DNA of 64,000 nt from an uncultured Verrucomicrobiae bacterium (GCA_963812605.1 CAWEWF010000010.1:1-64000), one strand, 5' to 3'; counted from the stretch's first letter, positions 9,481 to 19,828 are shown. Numbers and translations: made by a program. The notes: a model not told the origin generated them from the letters alone.

Positions 9481-9822
9481 ATGAATCCGAACCAACACCC
9501 GAACCCCCAGGAGGCACTGGCCCGGCAACGGGCGGCGCTGATTGTGGGGGTGCAGAGCGGCCAGATCACCGCGAGCGAAGCGGCGCAGCAATTGGGCATC
9601 TCCCGCAAGACCTATTACCAGTGGGAGAAGCGGGCGCTGGCGGCGTTGGTGGAAGCGATGCGCGACCGGCCGGGTGGTCGCCCGGCGACGCCGACCAATC
9701 CCGCGCAGGAAAAGCTCCACCAACAGACGCAGCAGTTGCAGGAGCAAGTCCAGGTGCTGGAACAAACGCTGGCGATTCGCCAACAACTGGCGGAACTGGA
9801 GCGCCCTAAAAAAAACTCCTGA
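9481..9822 (+). CDS. HTH protein (OrfA-like) of the IS
   Basis: ITASEAAQQLGISRKTYYQWEKR HTH, GRP motif, coiled coil; RBS GGAGG; ends at an A9 run. Confidence 0.75.
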   Translation: MNPNQHPNPQEALARQRAALIVGVQSGQITASEAAQQLGISRKTYYQWEKRALAALVEAMRDRPGGRPATPTNPAQEKLHQQTQQLQEQVQVLEQTLAIRQQLAELERPKKNS

Positions 9823-9832
9823 GAGCGCCACC

Positions 9833-10875
9833 ATGATCGTGATCCAACTGCAAACACTGCACGAGCAAGCCGTCCAACCGTATCGCCCGCTGTGTGTGGC
9901 GGCGACGATGCCCTACGCGACCTTCATGCGCTGGAAAGGGCGGCTGGCGCGTGGCCTGCCGGTGCTCCAAAAGCCCGGCCCCAAGCCAGTTGGCTCATTG
10001 GACTTGGCCGGCTTGCAAACGCGGTTGCGCCTGCTGGAACATGGTCCCCGCCGCAGTCACGGCGCAACCGCTCTGTATGCCCAACATCGCTCGCAGATCT
10101 CACGGCGCAGTTTCCACAAGTTGGTGGAAGAAACGCGCCGCCAGATTCTGCGTGAACGCGAAGCCGACCGGCGGAGCGTCCACTGGCAAGTGCCCGGCAC
10201 CATCTGGTCGGTGGACCCCACGGAGTTGGTGCTCGTGCGGGATGGAGCCCGGCAGAAACTCCCTATGCTACCGGTGCTCGACCTGGCTTCGCGCTACAAG
10301 TTCGCGCCGCTCGTAGACGAGCGCTTCACGGGTGAATTGGTCGCGGCTCGACTCGACGAGTTGTTCGCCCAGCACGGCCCTCCGCTGGTGCTCAAGCGCG
10401 ACAACGGCAGCAACCTCAACAGCGAAGCCGTGAACGCCGTGCTCAGCCGGTGGCTGGTGATCCCGCTGAACTCACCGCCGTACTACCCTCCCTACAACGG
10501 CGGCATCGAACGTGCCCAGCGCGAACTCAAAGCGGCGTTGCGCCCCGGCTCCTGGCCCACCCGGCCAGCGACGTCGCTGGACTGGCCGCGTTGACCGTCC
10601 ATGAACTCAATCACCGGCCCCGTCGCTGTCTGCGGGGCGTCACGGCCTGCGAGCAGTTTGCCGGTGCAAAGCGGAACCTGTGCGGCTATACTCGCCGCAG
10701 GAGAAAGGAAATGTTTGAGCAGATCAGCGGATTGGCCATGAAGATCATGCTGGAACAGCCCGTTCGCACCCAAGGACACGCCGACGCCGCGTGGCGTCGA
10801 GCCGTGGAAACCTGGTTACAACAACAAGAGATCATTACGATCTCAGAACCCAAAAGTGTTACCCAGTTCTCATGA
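9833..10875 (+). CDS. Second DDE integrase-core transposase (frameshift near 10545)
   Basis: WSVD, VLDLASRY, LKRDNGS, PPYNGGIER; continues as ELNHRPRRCL in the 10450-10875 frame. Confidence 0.8.
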
Positions 10876-10906
10876 AAACTGGTCTCATAAATAGGTTGTC
10901 CCTACA

Positions 10907-11307
10907 GTCTCCGAAGGCATATTTGGCTACCACGCCTGGCGTAGAATCAGGAACCTTTGTTATGGTCATCGCCTCATTAGGAATGATCGGAATGTCTGGA
11001 ATCAGTGCAAATTTATATTTACCTTTACCAACGGGACGAATAATCCACACTTTCTTGCCTTTGGCCAAGCAACAATTTTGTCGGGGAGATTCGCTCGATA
11101 TCGGAAACTATAAACTAGATCGCCCAAATTCTTGGGAAGAGGGATGCTTAATTTTTTTGCGCACGCCTCAAATTCAGCCCTCTCAAATGCTACCTCGCGG
11201 GCGCCCTTCTTGTACTTGGCGAAGAAGATGTCTTCGATTATCGCAGCGTATCGATTTGGTTTCTTAGGTTTTGCCTGAAATGTATTCTGCATGTTTTCTT
11301 TGACCAT
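10907..11307 (-). pseudogene. Probable restriction endonuclease, 3' part removed at the IS
   Basis: PKNLGDLVYSFRYR ... TKVPDSTPGVVAKYAFGD stops at the IS end; lies directly downstream of a methyltransferase; visibly lower GC. Confidence 0.6.
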
Positions 11308-11331
11308 AAGTTCCTCTGCTTGCTTTTGGGA

Positions 11332-12174
11332 CTAACCAGTAACCGAGACCGTGCCCGGCCACCGGAGAATAACAACTTCCTCTCTAAGTTGCTCCTTCGT
11401 TGCGGTTGCTAGTCGGGTGCGATACAAATCTATCCCGACGACTTCGTAGCCAATCGATTTCGCGATACTAGCCAAAAGCTGACCAGTCCTGACCATAATG
11501 CGCAAATAAGAGGCTTGGTCCCCAACGACGTAAGCCAATTGCGCTCCGGGGCGTAAGACTGAACGAAGATCGAGGAGATGCCTATTCATCCCGCCAAAGT
11601 ACAACTGTGTGACCCGCGCGTATAGTTTTTCAAAACCTGAAGTCTTCCCAAGCTCAATTCGGCGAGCCTCAATGGCATGTGCAATCCGTTGGATTTCTTC
11701 GTGATCTCTCACCAGGCGGTCATCTGTATCGCTCTTATAAACACTTCGCGTATTCGATCTCACTAACATTTGCTTTAGCGAGCGCAGGTCTCCGTTCGTC
11801 TGAATAAATCCCAACACTACGGATTCTAGTCGCGTCGTTCGGGTGTAATCCTTTTCATTCGGGTAGGGTGGTGACGTAATAACAAAGTCGATAGAGTTCG
11901 GTTGGAGTATCGAAGCTAAATCCCTTGCGTCCGCCCGAAAAACTTTAGATGAAGTCTGGGCGTGCGACCGGAGAGTTGGCAAGTCATTTGCGATATTGCT
12001 CACAGCAGCGAGCCACACGCTAAGAACAGAAGCGTCCAGCTTTATTTCTCCAACCCCGACTTCAGGCCCAAAATGCAGATTACCGATTCTCGTTACCAAC
12101 GCGTTAGCAAGAGCGAGCCGCTCGTGTCCAATAAAGTGTTCATCCACATTTTCCGTCAGTGTCTCCAATAGCAC
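11332..12174 (-). pseudogene. DNA amino-methyltransferase (SPPY, N4-C type), N-terminally truncated
   Basis: DFVITSPPYPNEKDY (motif IV) and LRPGAQLAYVVGD are present; no FxGxG SAM-binding motif in the remaining ORF. Confidence 0.75.
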
Positions 12175-12403
12175 TAAGGTCTTATGCAGTGGCAGAGGGC
12201 TAAGGGGAAAGGAGTCCAGAGGGAAACTGGGACGGCGCTTTGTCCCTGTGTCCCTTTGGTCGGTGGTGGGGAGCGGGGCGCACGGGTGAACAACAAAACG
12301 GACACTAAACGAGTTAGAAAGGGTATCGTTGAGTAAAGTCGATTATGCTTGATTCGCCAATGAAATCAGGCATTATGTGAGTGCAATCGCGGCGGGAAAA
12401 GGC

Positions 12404-12429
12404 CGATTCTCACACCCGCCTCCAAATTT
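12404..12429 (+). other. tRNA-Cys-like 3' remnant (att-like), copy 1
   Basis: CGATTCTCACACCCGCCTCCA gives a T-loop end, an acceptor strand ending CGCC, a U discriminator and CCA; near-copy at 37831. Confidence 0.5.
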
Positions 12430-12686
12430 TGCGAGTGGTTGCCCTCGGCCAAGATCATCGAGATCCAACAGTTCACCCCCTTGGAGTGGGCCGGGTCATG
12501 TCAGGCTCGATCAGCGCAAGCCGCGTAACGTGGCTGATTGAAGCCTCAGCGTTGAGATTTGAACCGTACTGACCAGCCGGCCAATTCCTCCGCGCCGCTT
12601 TGAGTGCTTTCCATCGGGCGCGGTGCCGCCGCGATCCTCTCCGTCGTAAATATGGTTTTGAGCCAGGTTGCCACGGCCGCGGCTGG

Positions 12687-14123
12687 TCAAGGTAGTTCAC
12701 GAATCTTTACATTGCGGAAAGAAACTTCGCTGCCGTGTTCCTGCAACAAAATATGTCCATCCGCCCATTCGCCGAAATCGGGGATGTTTTTGAATTTGCT
12801 TTTGGCAACCGCGTCGCGGAACGCAGCCGATCCGCGCTCACATTCCACGGTCTTCTCGCCGTTAAGCCAGAACTCAACGTGCCTGCCCTGCGACAAAATC
12901 CGCGCGTGATTCCATTCCCCGACCGGCATGACTTTTTTATCGGCGGGCGCGGGAATCAAATCATAAAGCGAACCCAGCGTGCGGTCGCCGTCGCGGCCCA
13001 GCTTGGCGTCCGGATGATGCGCGTCGTCGAGAATCTGAAATTCCATGCCGATGGCCGAGCCGACGGCAGCGTTCGTGCCGGTCGTCGGATCCACCGGCGA
13101 CAGGTTGGGTTGCACAAAAATCTTGATGCCGCTGTTACAACCGATGGTGGTCTTGAAATCCGCGACCAGTTCAAAATTCGCGTAGCGTTTGCGCGTGATG
13201 ATGTCGCCACCACCGGCGGACTCCTCACCGCCGTTTTCGCGGACGGTCAGCACCCCGTCGTGAATCTCCCAGCCCTTTGCAGGAAAGTCTTCTGACCTGG
13301 CACTGCGCCAGCCGTTCGAAGTTTTGCCATCCCAGAGCAATTGCCAGCCGTCGGCTTTTTCCTGTTCGGTCAGCGTGTTGGGCGCGGCGCCGGCGGAATC
13401 CGATTTGATTTCGCGGAGGCGGAGGTTGCGGAAGCGAACTTTCAGCCCGACCTTGTTCGGATCCTGGCCGATGCCGTGAACCTGTAAGCCAATGATACCG
13501 TGCAGCGTGAGGCTGTCATTGATCTCAGCGCGCGCCACGCCGTTCAGCCAGGTCTTGATGGACGGGCCGTCCGCGACGATGCGGAGCTTGTTCCATTCCC
13601 CGTTCTTGCTGATGGCGCGGCCCTGTTCGGAGAACGCCAGGCCCTGCTTGCCCGTTTCGCCATCGGCGGGAAACAGCCAGCCGCGCCGCGCCTCGTCGTA
13701 AATGCCCGCCGTCCACATCCGGCCGCGCGCCACGTCCATGTCAATTTCACACTGGTAGCCGTGAATGCGATCCGCGGCGACCTTGATTTCCTTGCCGTCA
13801 ATGTTTAGCGTCCGCGCCTCGGGAAAAACCTCGCTGCGGATTTGCACGCCGGAATTCAGCAGGGGGTCGCACTGGTACTCCAGTTCCAGCTCAAAATTTC
13901 CATAGGGTTGCCGGGTGCAGAGAAAACTGTTACCCGTGTTGGAAACCGATTCGCCGGTCAACACGCCGTCTGCAACGGTGTATTTTGCCCGGCCGCTGTG
14001 CTCTTCCCAGCCGTCGAGATTTTTTCCGTTGAACAAGTTGACCCAGCCGTCCTGCGCCAGAACCGGCCGCGCCGCGAGCAAGGTTGCCATGATAAACGAT
14101 GACAGGAGATTGCTTACTTTCAT
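12687..14123 (-). CDS. Tandem DUF1080 (3-keto-disaccharide hydrolase-like) secreted protein
   Basis: Signal peptide; two LFNGKNLDGW / LWDGKTSNGW ... NSG ... LQxHG ... FRN domains. Confidence 0.88.
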   Translation of the reverse strand: MKVSNLLSSFIMATLLAARPVLAQDGWVNLFNGKNLDGWEEHSGRAKYTVADGVLTGESVSNTGNSFLCTRQPYGNFELELEYQCDPLLNSGVQIRSEVFPEARTLNIDGKEIKVAADRIHGYQCEIDMDVARGRMWTAGIYDEARRGWLFPADGETGKQGLAFSEQGRAISKNGEWNKLRIVADGPSIKTWLNGVARAEINDSLTLHGIIGLQVHGIGQDPNKVGLKVRFRNLRLREIKSDSAGAAPNTLTEQEKADGWQLLWDGKTSNGWRSARSEDFPAKGWEIHDGVLTVRENGGEESAGGGDIITRKRYANFELVADFKTTIGCNSGIKIFVQPNLSPVDPTTGTNAAVGSAIGMEFQILDDAHHPDAKLGRDGDRTLGSLYDLIPAPADKKVMPVGEWNHARILSQGRHVEFWLNGEKTVECERGSAAFRDAVAKSKFKNIPDFGEWADGHILLQEHGSEVSFRNVKIRELP

Positions 14124-14315
14124 TTGATGAGAAGAATAATGTGGACAGGGTCAAAAGTCGATTCCGGCAGCGACTGATCCCTGGTTTCCGGCGGGACCGG
14201 CGGCGATCATCCCATTGACCAAATGAATGAAACCGGGATATTGTCACCGCACGGAGCCAATGCCGCCGGCCTTTGGTCCCGGCCCCGACTGGCGACGCGA
14301 CTGCACCAAGCGAAA

Positions 14316-15317
14316 ATGAGCAACAAACTTACCAGGCGGGACTTTATTAAGGGTGCATCTGTCTTGCCCTTTAGCGCCGCAGGCATCGGAATGGGGACCG
14401 TTTCGGCCATGGCCTTCGAGCCGATCAAAAGGGTGGGCGCCTCGGCGCTCAAGGTTTCTTGCAACGCCTACTCTTTTAACAAGCTGCTGAACGACCATCT
14501 TCAGGGCCGCGGCGCGGGCATCAGTCTGTTCGACCTCGCCGCTTTTTGCGCGAAACAGAATTTCGACGGCTTCGATGTCACGGGTTATTTTTTCCCCGGC
14601 TATGAGCAGGATGGCCCGGGTGTGCCCACCGACAAATATATTTTCGAGCTGAAGCGGCGAGCGTTCGATCTCGGTCTCGGCATCAGCGGCACGGGTATAC
14701 GGAATAATATCACCGTGGCGGACAAGACAGCGCGCGCCAAAGACGCGCAGCGCATCAAGAATTGGGTAGAGGTCGCGGGCAAGTTGGGCGCGCCTGTGCT
14801 GCGGGTGTTTGCCGACACCCAGATGCCTGGGCAGACGTGGCAAACCGTGTCGAAGGGCGCGACACGCGATCAGGTGGAGGAATGGATCGCCGCTGATATT
14901 CGCGAGTGCGCTGACCACGCCGCAAAATTCGGCGTGATCATCGGCGTCCAAAACCACGGTGATTTTGTGAAGACCGCCGACAACCTGATCAGCCTCCTCA
15001 AACGCATTGATTCGCCGTGGTGCGGCGCCATCGTGGACACCGGCAAGTTCCAAGCGGCCGACCCGTATGCGGAGATTGCGAAGGCCGCGCCCTACGCGGT
15101 AAACTGGCAGATCAAGCAGAGTCCGTTGGGCGTGGAAGCCGAAGATGCCAGTCCCACCGACCTGAAACGATTGGTACATATCGTCCGCGACTCCGGCTAT
15201 CGTGGCTATCTTCCGATTGAGACCTTGTCTCCGCCTGGCGGCGGGAACTATGATCCTTTCGTAGTGGTGCCGAAATTTCTCAAGGAACTTCGCGAGGCCA
15301 TCGCTGCAACTGCGTAA
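14316..15317 (+). CDS. Tat-exported sugar phosphate isomerase/epimerase (xylose isomerase-like TIM barrel)
   Basis: TRRDFIK Tat motif; LGAPVLRVF, QNHGDF, DTGKF, GYRGYLPIE. Confidence 0.85.
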   Translation: MSNKLTRRDFIKGASVLPFSAAGIGMGTVSAMAFEPIKRVGASALKVSCNAYSFNKLLNDHLQGRGAGISLFDLAAFCAKQNFDGFDVTGYFFPGYEQDGPGVPTDKYIFELKRRAFDLGLGISGTGIRNNITVADKTARAKDAQRIKNWVEVAGKLGAPVLRVFADTQMPGQTWQTVSKGATRDQVEEWIAADIRECADHAAKFGVIIGVQNHGDFVKTADNLISLLKRIDSPWCGAIVDTGKFQAADPYAEIAKAAPYAVNWQIKQSPLGVEAEDASPTDLKRLVHIVRDSGYRGYLPIETLSPPGGGNYDPFVVVPKFLKELREAIAATA

Positions 15318-15459
15318 CTGAGCCAGCGTCGCCAGAAGCGGTGCGGTGTGAATCGTCATGAGGCGGACTGCTCAAGCACTCCTCTGTGAAGATGGCGGCT
15401 TGACGCGGATGAGTTTTTACACAATACAGGAATACGCAAGCAACAGAAAGGGTTATCAA

Positions 15460-15768
15460 ATGGCTTTTGTCGTGACCGAACCGTGTGTGGGATGCAAATA
15501 CACTGATTGCGTAGAGGTTTGTCCGGTTAACTGCTTCTACGAAGCAGAGGACCGTCTCTACATCAATGCCGACGAATGTATCGATTGTACGGCATGTGTT
15601 CCTGTCTGCCCCGTTGAAGCAATTTTTGCCGAAAGCGACGTTCCTGAGAAATGGAAGAGCTTCATTGAGGAGAACCGGGTCAAAGCGAGCCAGTTCCCCA
15701 ATATCACAGTCAAAAAGGAGGCACTCGGCAGAGACAAGCCAGAGTGCAAAGCTGGTTACAAGAAGTAG
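15460..15768 (+). CDS. 7Fe/8Fe ferredoxin (FdxA type)
   Basis: CVGCKYTDCVEVCPVNCF and CIDCTACVPVCP motifs. Confidence 0.92.
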   Translation: MAFVVTEPCVGCKYTDCVEVCPVNCFYEAEDRLYINADECIDCTACVPVCPVEAIFAESDVPEKWKSFIEENRVKASQFPNITVKKEALGRDKPECKAGYKK

Positions 15769-15873
15769 CTGCCAGTTGAGCGGTCCCTCGATGCTGTCTG
15801 TGCCACCTCGCCTTGCCGTCGAACGCGTGGCATACTGACGGCAGAAACCCAACCTGCGAAAGGACGGTACATC

Positions 15874-16167
15874 ATGGCCAGCTACATCGCATTGTTCCAG
15901 TTGACCGATCAAGGCATCCGCAGCGTCAAAGACACCACCAAGCGCGCGGCAACCATGACCGAAATGGCGTCGAGAATGGGCGCGAAAGTCGTGGACATTT
16001 TTTGGACGCTTGGCCCGTACGACGGTGTACTCATCGCGGAGGCACCCGACGACGAGACGATGACCGCGTTCGCGATCAAGGTCAGCTCGTTCGGCAACGT
16101 AAAGACGCTGACCCTGCGCGCGTTCCGTGCCAACGAGATGGATGGGATCCTGAGCAAGATCAAGTAG
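15874..16167 (+). CDS. GYD domain-containing protein
   Basis: 97 aa; TDQGIRSVKD, WTLGPYD, EAPDDE, GNVKTLTLRAF. Confidence 0.88.
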   Translation: MASYIALFQLTDQGIRSVKDTTKRAATMTEMASRMGAKVVDIFWTLGPYDGVLIAEAPDDETMTAFAIKVSSFGNVKTLTLRAFRANEMDGILSKIK

Positions 16168-16232
16168 CGCAGCTCTTGTCCATCGCCCACGAATTGCCGC
16201 AAGCTCGAAGAGATACGCAGTTCCCGGCCCGC

Positions 16233-17174
16233 TTACATCAGCTCTTCGATCAATGCCTTGGCGATTTGGGGATCAACACCCAGTCGGCGGTGGGCCAACG
16301 GGCCGCCTTCGGCCAGGACAGGTTCGAGTTCGTCGAGCGCGGGGATCCCGTTTTGCCTCCAGAACAGGCCGACGGGGATTTCGTCACCCCACTGGCAAGC
16401 CCGCTCCATGGCGGCGTGGAAATCGGCCGGGTCGTGGCCGAGTTCTTCGAGGCTTTTGACGCGCGGCCGGAACCATTGGTAGGTGTTGTCCTTGTTGTAC
16501 GTCACACACGGGCTGAAGACGTCAATGAGGGCAAAGCCGCGGTGTTGGATGCCGCCCTTGATGAGTTCGACGAGCTGTTTTTGCTGGCCGCTAAAGCCGC
16601 GGGCCACGTAGGTGGCCCCGCCGGCAAGAGCCAAGGCGAGCGGGTTGATGGGGCGCTCCACATTGCCGAACGGCGTGCTCTTGGTTTTCATGCCAGCCAC
16701 GCTGGTCGGCGAACACTGGCCGGTGGTCAGGCCGTAAATCTGGTTGTTCATGACGAGGTAGGTCAGGTCGTAGTTGCGCCGCATGCAATGGACGAAATGA
16801 TTGCCGCCGATGCCATAGCCGTCGCCATCACCGCCGGTGGCGATGACCTTCAAGCTGTGGTTGCCCAATTGAACGCCGCTGGCCACGGCCACCGCGCGCC
16901 CGTGGAGCGTGTGCATGCCGTAGGTGTTGATGAAGCCGGGCAGATTCGAGGAGCAGCCGATGCCGCTGATGACAATGACTTCGTGTGGTTGAAGCCCCAG
17001 TTCGGCCAGCGCCAACTGCAACGACGCGAGCACGCTGAAGTCGCCGCAACCGGGACACCAGTCGGGGTCAATCTTGCCCTTAAAATCCTTGGCGGTGGGC
17101 CGGGCACCCGGCGATTTGACTTCGGGGATTGCGGTCACGGGCGGTGGAGTCGAGGCGCGAGTTTCGGCTGGCAT
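16233..17174 (-). CDS. korB: 2-oxoacid:ferredoxin oxidoreductase beta subunit
   Basis: WCPGCGDF, SGIGCSS, GGDGD..NN TPP motif, SPCVTYN. Confidence 0.92.
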   Translation of the reverse strand: MPAETRASTPPPVTAIPEVKSPGARPTAKDFKGKIDPDWCPGCGDFSVLASLQLALAELGLQPHEVIVISGIGCSSNLPGFINTYGMHTLHGRAVAVASGVQLGNHSLKVIATGGDGDGYGIGGNHFVHCMRRNYDLTYLVMNNQIYGLTTGQCSPTSVAGMKTKSTPFGNVERPINPLALALAGGATYVARGFSGQQKQLVELIKGGIQHRGFALIDVFSPCVTYNKDNTYQWFRPRVKSLEELGHDPADFHAAMERACQWGDEIPVGLFWRQNGIPALDELEPVLAEGGPLAHRRLGVDPQIAKALIEELM

Positions 17175-17184
17175 GGTGGTCTCC

Positions 17185-18987
17185 TTACACAATGTATTCG
17201 TGGACGGGCACGTACACCTTGGTGGTGCGAGCCAGGATTTGTTTCACGCCGTTGACGATGTGATGCGGCATGAACGGCTCGCCATCGTATTTGCGGATGT
17301 GGCCGGTGGGGACGAAGCTGGTTTCGGAGCGCAGGTAGCGGGCGAATTGTCCGCTGTAGTTGTTCTCCACGATAATGGTCGTCTGGCATTTCGACAGGGT
17401 CGACAGGATGTCGTCGGCATGCAGCGGGACGAGCCATTTAACCTGCAGGTTGTTGGCCACGATGCCTTCTTCACCGGCGAGTTTCTCGCACGCTTCACGG
17501 ATAACGCCCTGGGTCGAGCCCCAGCCGATGAGTGTAACCGACGCTTTGGCGGGGCCGAACAGCTTCGGTGGTCCGATGAGCTGCTGCACGCCCTGCATCT
17601 TGCGCATCCGTTTTTCGTGCATGGCCTGGCGCTTGTGCGGGTGGGTGAACTCGTCGCTGATGAGCACGCCGTCTTCCTCGTGTTCATCGGTGGCGACGAC
17701 ATGGACGTAACCGGGCGTGCCGGGCAGGGCACGCGGCGACACGCCGCTTTCGGTGATCTTGAAACGCTTGTAGCCGCCTTCGGGCGGTGGCGTTTCACCG
17801 TCGCCGTTGCCGTGCCAACCGATGATTTCGCCGCGGTCAATCGGTGGACTGAAATTGAATTCGTTCGGCTCCACGCTTGAGCGGCCTTCGGACAGCAACA
17901 AGTCGGTCAGCACGATGCCGGGACATTGGAATTTTTCGACGAGGTTGAACAATTCAGTGATTGTGTTAAAGCAGTCGGGAATGCTCGTCGGGGCGACGAT
18001 CACGCGCGGGTAATCGCCCTGGCCCGCGCCCAGGACCTGCCAGAGGTCGCCCTGCTCGGTTTTGGTGGGGACACCCGTTGCCGGGCCCGCGCGCTGAACA
18101 TCAATACAAACCACCGGAATTTCCATCATTGCCGCCGCGCCGAGCGCTTCCGTCATCAGGGCGAAGCCGCCCCCCGAGGTGGCACACATGGCCCGACACC
18201 CCGTGTGCGCCGCGCCGATGGCCATGTTAATGACGCCGATCTCGTCTTCGACCTGACGGACCATGATACCCAGTTTGCGCGCGTTGCGAGCCATCCAGTG
18301 CAACACGCCCGTGGCCGGACTCATCGGGTAGGCGCAGTAGAACTTCACGCCGGCGGCGGCCCCGCCCATGGCCAGCACCTGGTTGCCTTCGACGAACGCG
18401 TAGCGCTTGCCGGTGTCGGGAAGGGGATTGGCGAACGCTTTGAAGTGTCCGGCGGCGTGATCGTAGCCCGCGCGCGCCACCCCGACGTTTTCGGCGATGA
18501 CCGCATCGCCCTTCCTGGCGAATTGTCGCGCGAGGATGTCTTCGAGCAATTGGAAATCGATGCCCAGCATCTGGAGTAGCGCTCCGAGCGCGATGGTGTT
18601 TTGCACGTTCGGGATTTTGCTCGTCCCGGCCAGCTCACGAACCGGCAATTGGCACATCTGTACGCCTTCGTTGGCCGTGCCCGGCTTAATCTTCTCGCCG
18701 TCGTACAGGCACACACCACCCGCGCGCAGGTGTTTCAGATGGCGATTTACCGTGTCCTGGTTCAGGGGGATCAGCGCGTCGATCTTGTCACCCATGCTGC
18801 CGACCCGATCGACGCAGGCCCGCAGGATCAGGAAAATATGTCCGCCGCGAATGATGGACTGGTAGGCGTTGTACGCGTTTAGATGAAGACCGCGCCGCAC
18901 AAGAATTCTGGCCAGAATATCTCCCGGGGTGGCAATACCCTGCCCAGCCGCGCCGCCGATTCCGACTGCAAAATCGATTCTGCCCAT
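17185..18987 (-). CDS. korA: 2-oxoacid:ferredoxin oxidoreductase alpha subunit
   Basis: GGAAGQGI, YPMSPAT, EDEIG, TSGGGFALM, QRAGPATG. Confidence 0.92.
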   Translation of the reverse strand: MGRIDFAVGIGGAAGQGIATPGDILARILVRRGLHLNAYNAYQSIIRGGHIFLILRACVDRVGSMGDKIDALIPLNQDTVNRHLKHLRAGGVCLYDGEKIKPGTANEGVQMCQLPVRELAGTSKIPNVQNTIALGALLQMLGIDFQLLEDILARQFARKGDAVIAENVGVARAGYDHAAGHFKAFANPLPDTGKRYAFVEGNQVLAMGGAAAGVKFYCAYPMSPATGVLHWMARNARKLGIMVRQVEDEIGVINMAIGAAHTGCRAMCATSGGGFALMTEALGAAAMMEIPVVCIDVQRAGPATGVPTKTEQGDLWQVLGAGQGDYPRVIVAPTSIPDCFNTITELFNLVEKFQCPGIVLTDLLLSEGRSSVEPNEFNFSPPIDRGEIIGWHGNGDGETPPPEGGYKRFKITESGVSPRALPGTPGYVHVVATDEHEEDGVLISDEFTHPHKRQAMHEKRMRKMQGVQQLIGPPKLFGPAKASVTLIGWGSTQGVIREACEKLAGEEGIVANNLQVKWLVPLHADDILSTLSKCQTTIIVENNYSGQFARYLRSETSFVPTGHIRKYDGEPFMPHHIVNGVKQILARTTKVYVPVHEYIV

Positions 18988-19285
18988 GGCTGCTCCTTCT
19001 GGCGAAGCGACAAGCCCGGATAGATCTTACAAACTGTTGCGTCGAATGCCGACCCGTCGCCTCAGCGCAACCCGATACTGCGTTTTTTCGGAGAAAAAGA
19101 CAAGCACTAACCCAACCTTTATTGGTGGGCTGGAACCGGCGCGTCCATGTATCGGTCGGGCAAACCCCGTATGCAAGCTGCTCCAGGCTTTAGAAAATCG
19201 GATCAGGTTCGCTACGGCACCAGCCGCACGCGGTAGCGGCTGAACTGGCGTTCGAGCTCGCCGGATCCCGAGCCGAGAGGCTGTT

Positions 19286-19783
19286 TTACTCGGACTTCTT
19301 GGGAGACGGCGGAGGTATGGGTTTGGCGTAAGAGCCCGGACGAATCGTAACGGGGCCGGACTGCAACACCCCGGCGGCGTATTCCGGTTTCATCCTTTTT
19401 GACATGCCACCACGCTCCTTGCCGCTGGAGCCCTTGGGCGCCGTACGGAGCATCCCCTGATCCGCTTGTGCGGCTCCGAGAGGCGCAACCTTGGCGAGAC
19501 CCGATTCGTAGCGAAGCTCTACCGAGCCAAAGCGAATGGATGCGCCATCCTTGAGTTTCACCGCCATGATCTGCTCGCCATTCACGAAAGTGCCATTGGC
19601 GGATTTGAAGTCGTGCAATTGATAATTGTCCCCGTCACGCACCAGAATTCCGTGTCGCCTGGAGACGTTGGTATCCTGGATGCAAATGGAGTTTTCAGGA
19701 GTTCGACCAATCGTGATAAGATTTTCCGTCAGCTCAACCGTTGCAGCGAGCGAAACCGGTGAGAGTATGTGTAGCTTTGGCAT
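19286..19783 (-). CDS. FHA domain protein
   Basis: IGR..., VSRRHG, SANGTFVNG FHA motifs. Confidence 0.85.
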   Translation of the reverse strand: MPKLHILSPVSLAATVELTENLITIGRTPENSICIQDTNVSRRHGILVRDGDNYQLHDFKSANGTFVNGEQIMAVKLKDGASIRFGSVELRYESGLAKVAPLGAAQADQGMLRTAPKGSSGKERGGMSKRMKPEYAAGVLQSGPVTIRPGSYAKPIPPPSPKKSE

Positions 19784-19799
19784 GGGCGACCCGATTCAT

Positions 19800-19828
19800 A
19801 TTGTAGCGAAAGCGTGCGACGGAGTCAA
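19800..19828 (-). promoter_or_regulatory. Sigma70-type promoter of the FHA gene
   Basis: TTGACT-17bp-TACAAT on the minus strand. Confidence 0.6.

Larger units (their letters stand above)
7824..10906 (+). mobile_element. IS481/IS3-like composite insertion sequence (two DDE genes, two HTH genes)
   Basis: Ends TGT...ACA. Imperfect IRs at 7824-7877 and 10854-10906 share ACAACC, TGAGACC and GGGTAACACTT. No target duplication is visible. Confidence 0.85.

Noticed and set aside
12473-12700. Short basic ORF (RARWKALKAAR)
   Set aside because: Overlaps the DUF1080 stop, has no clear start, and is at best a fragment.
15813-17255. Long antisense ORFs (for example 15813-17255, 14244-15359, 59696-60556)
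   Set aside because: Shadows of well-supported genes on the opposite strand, expected at this GC content.
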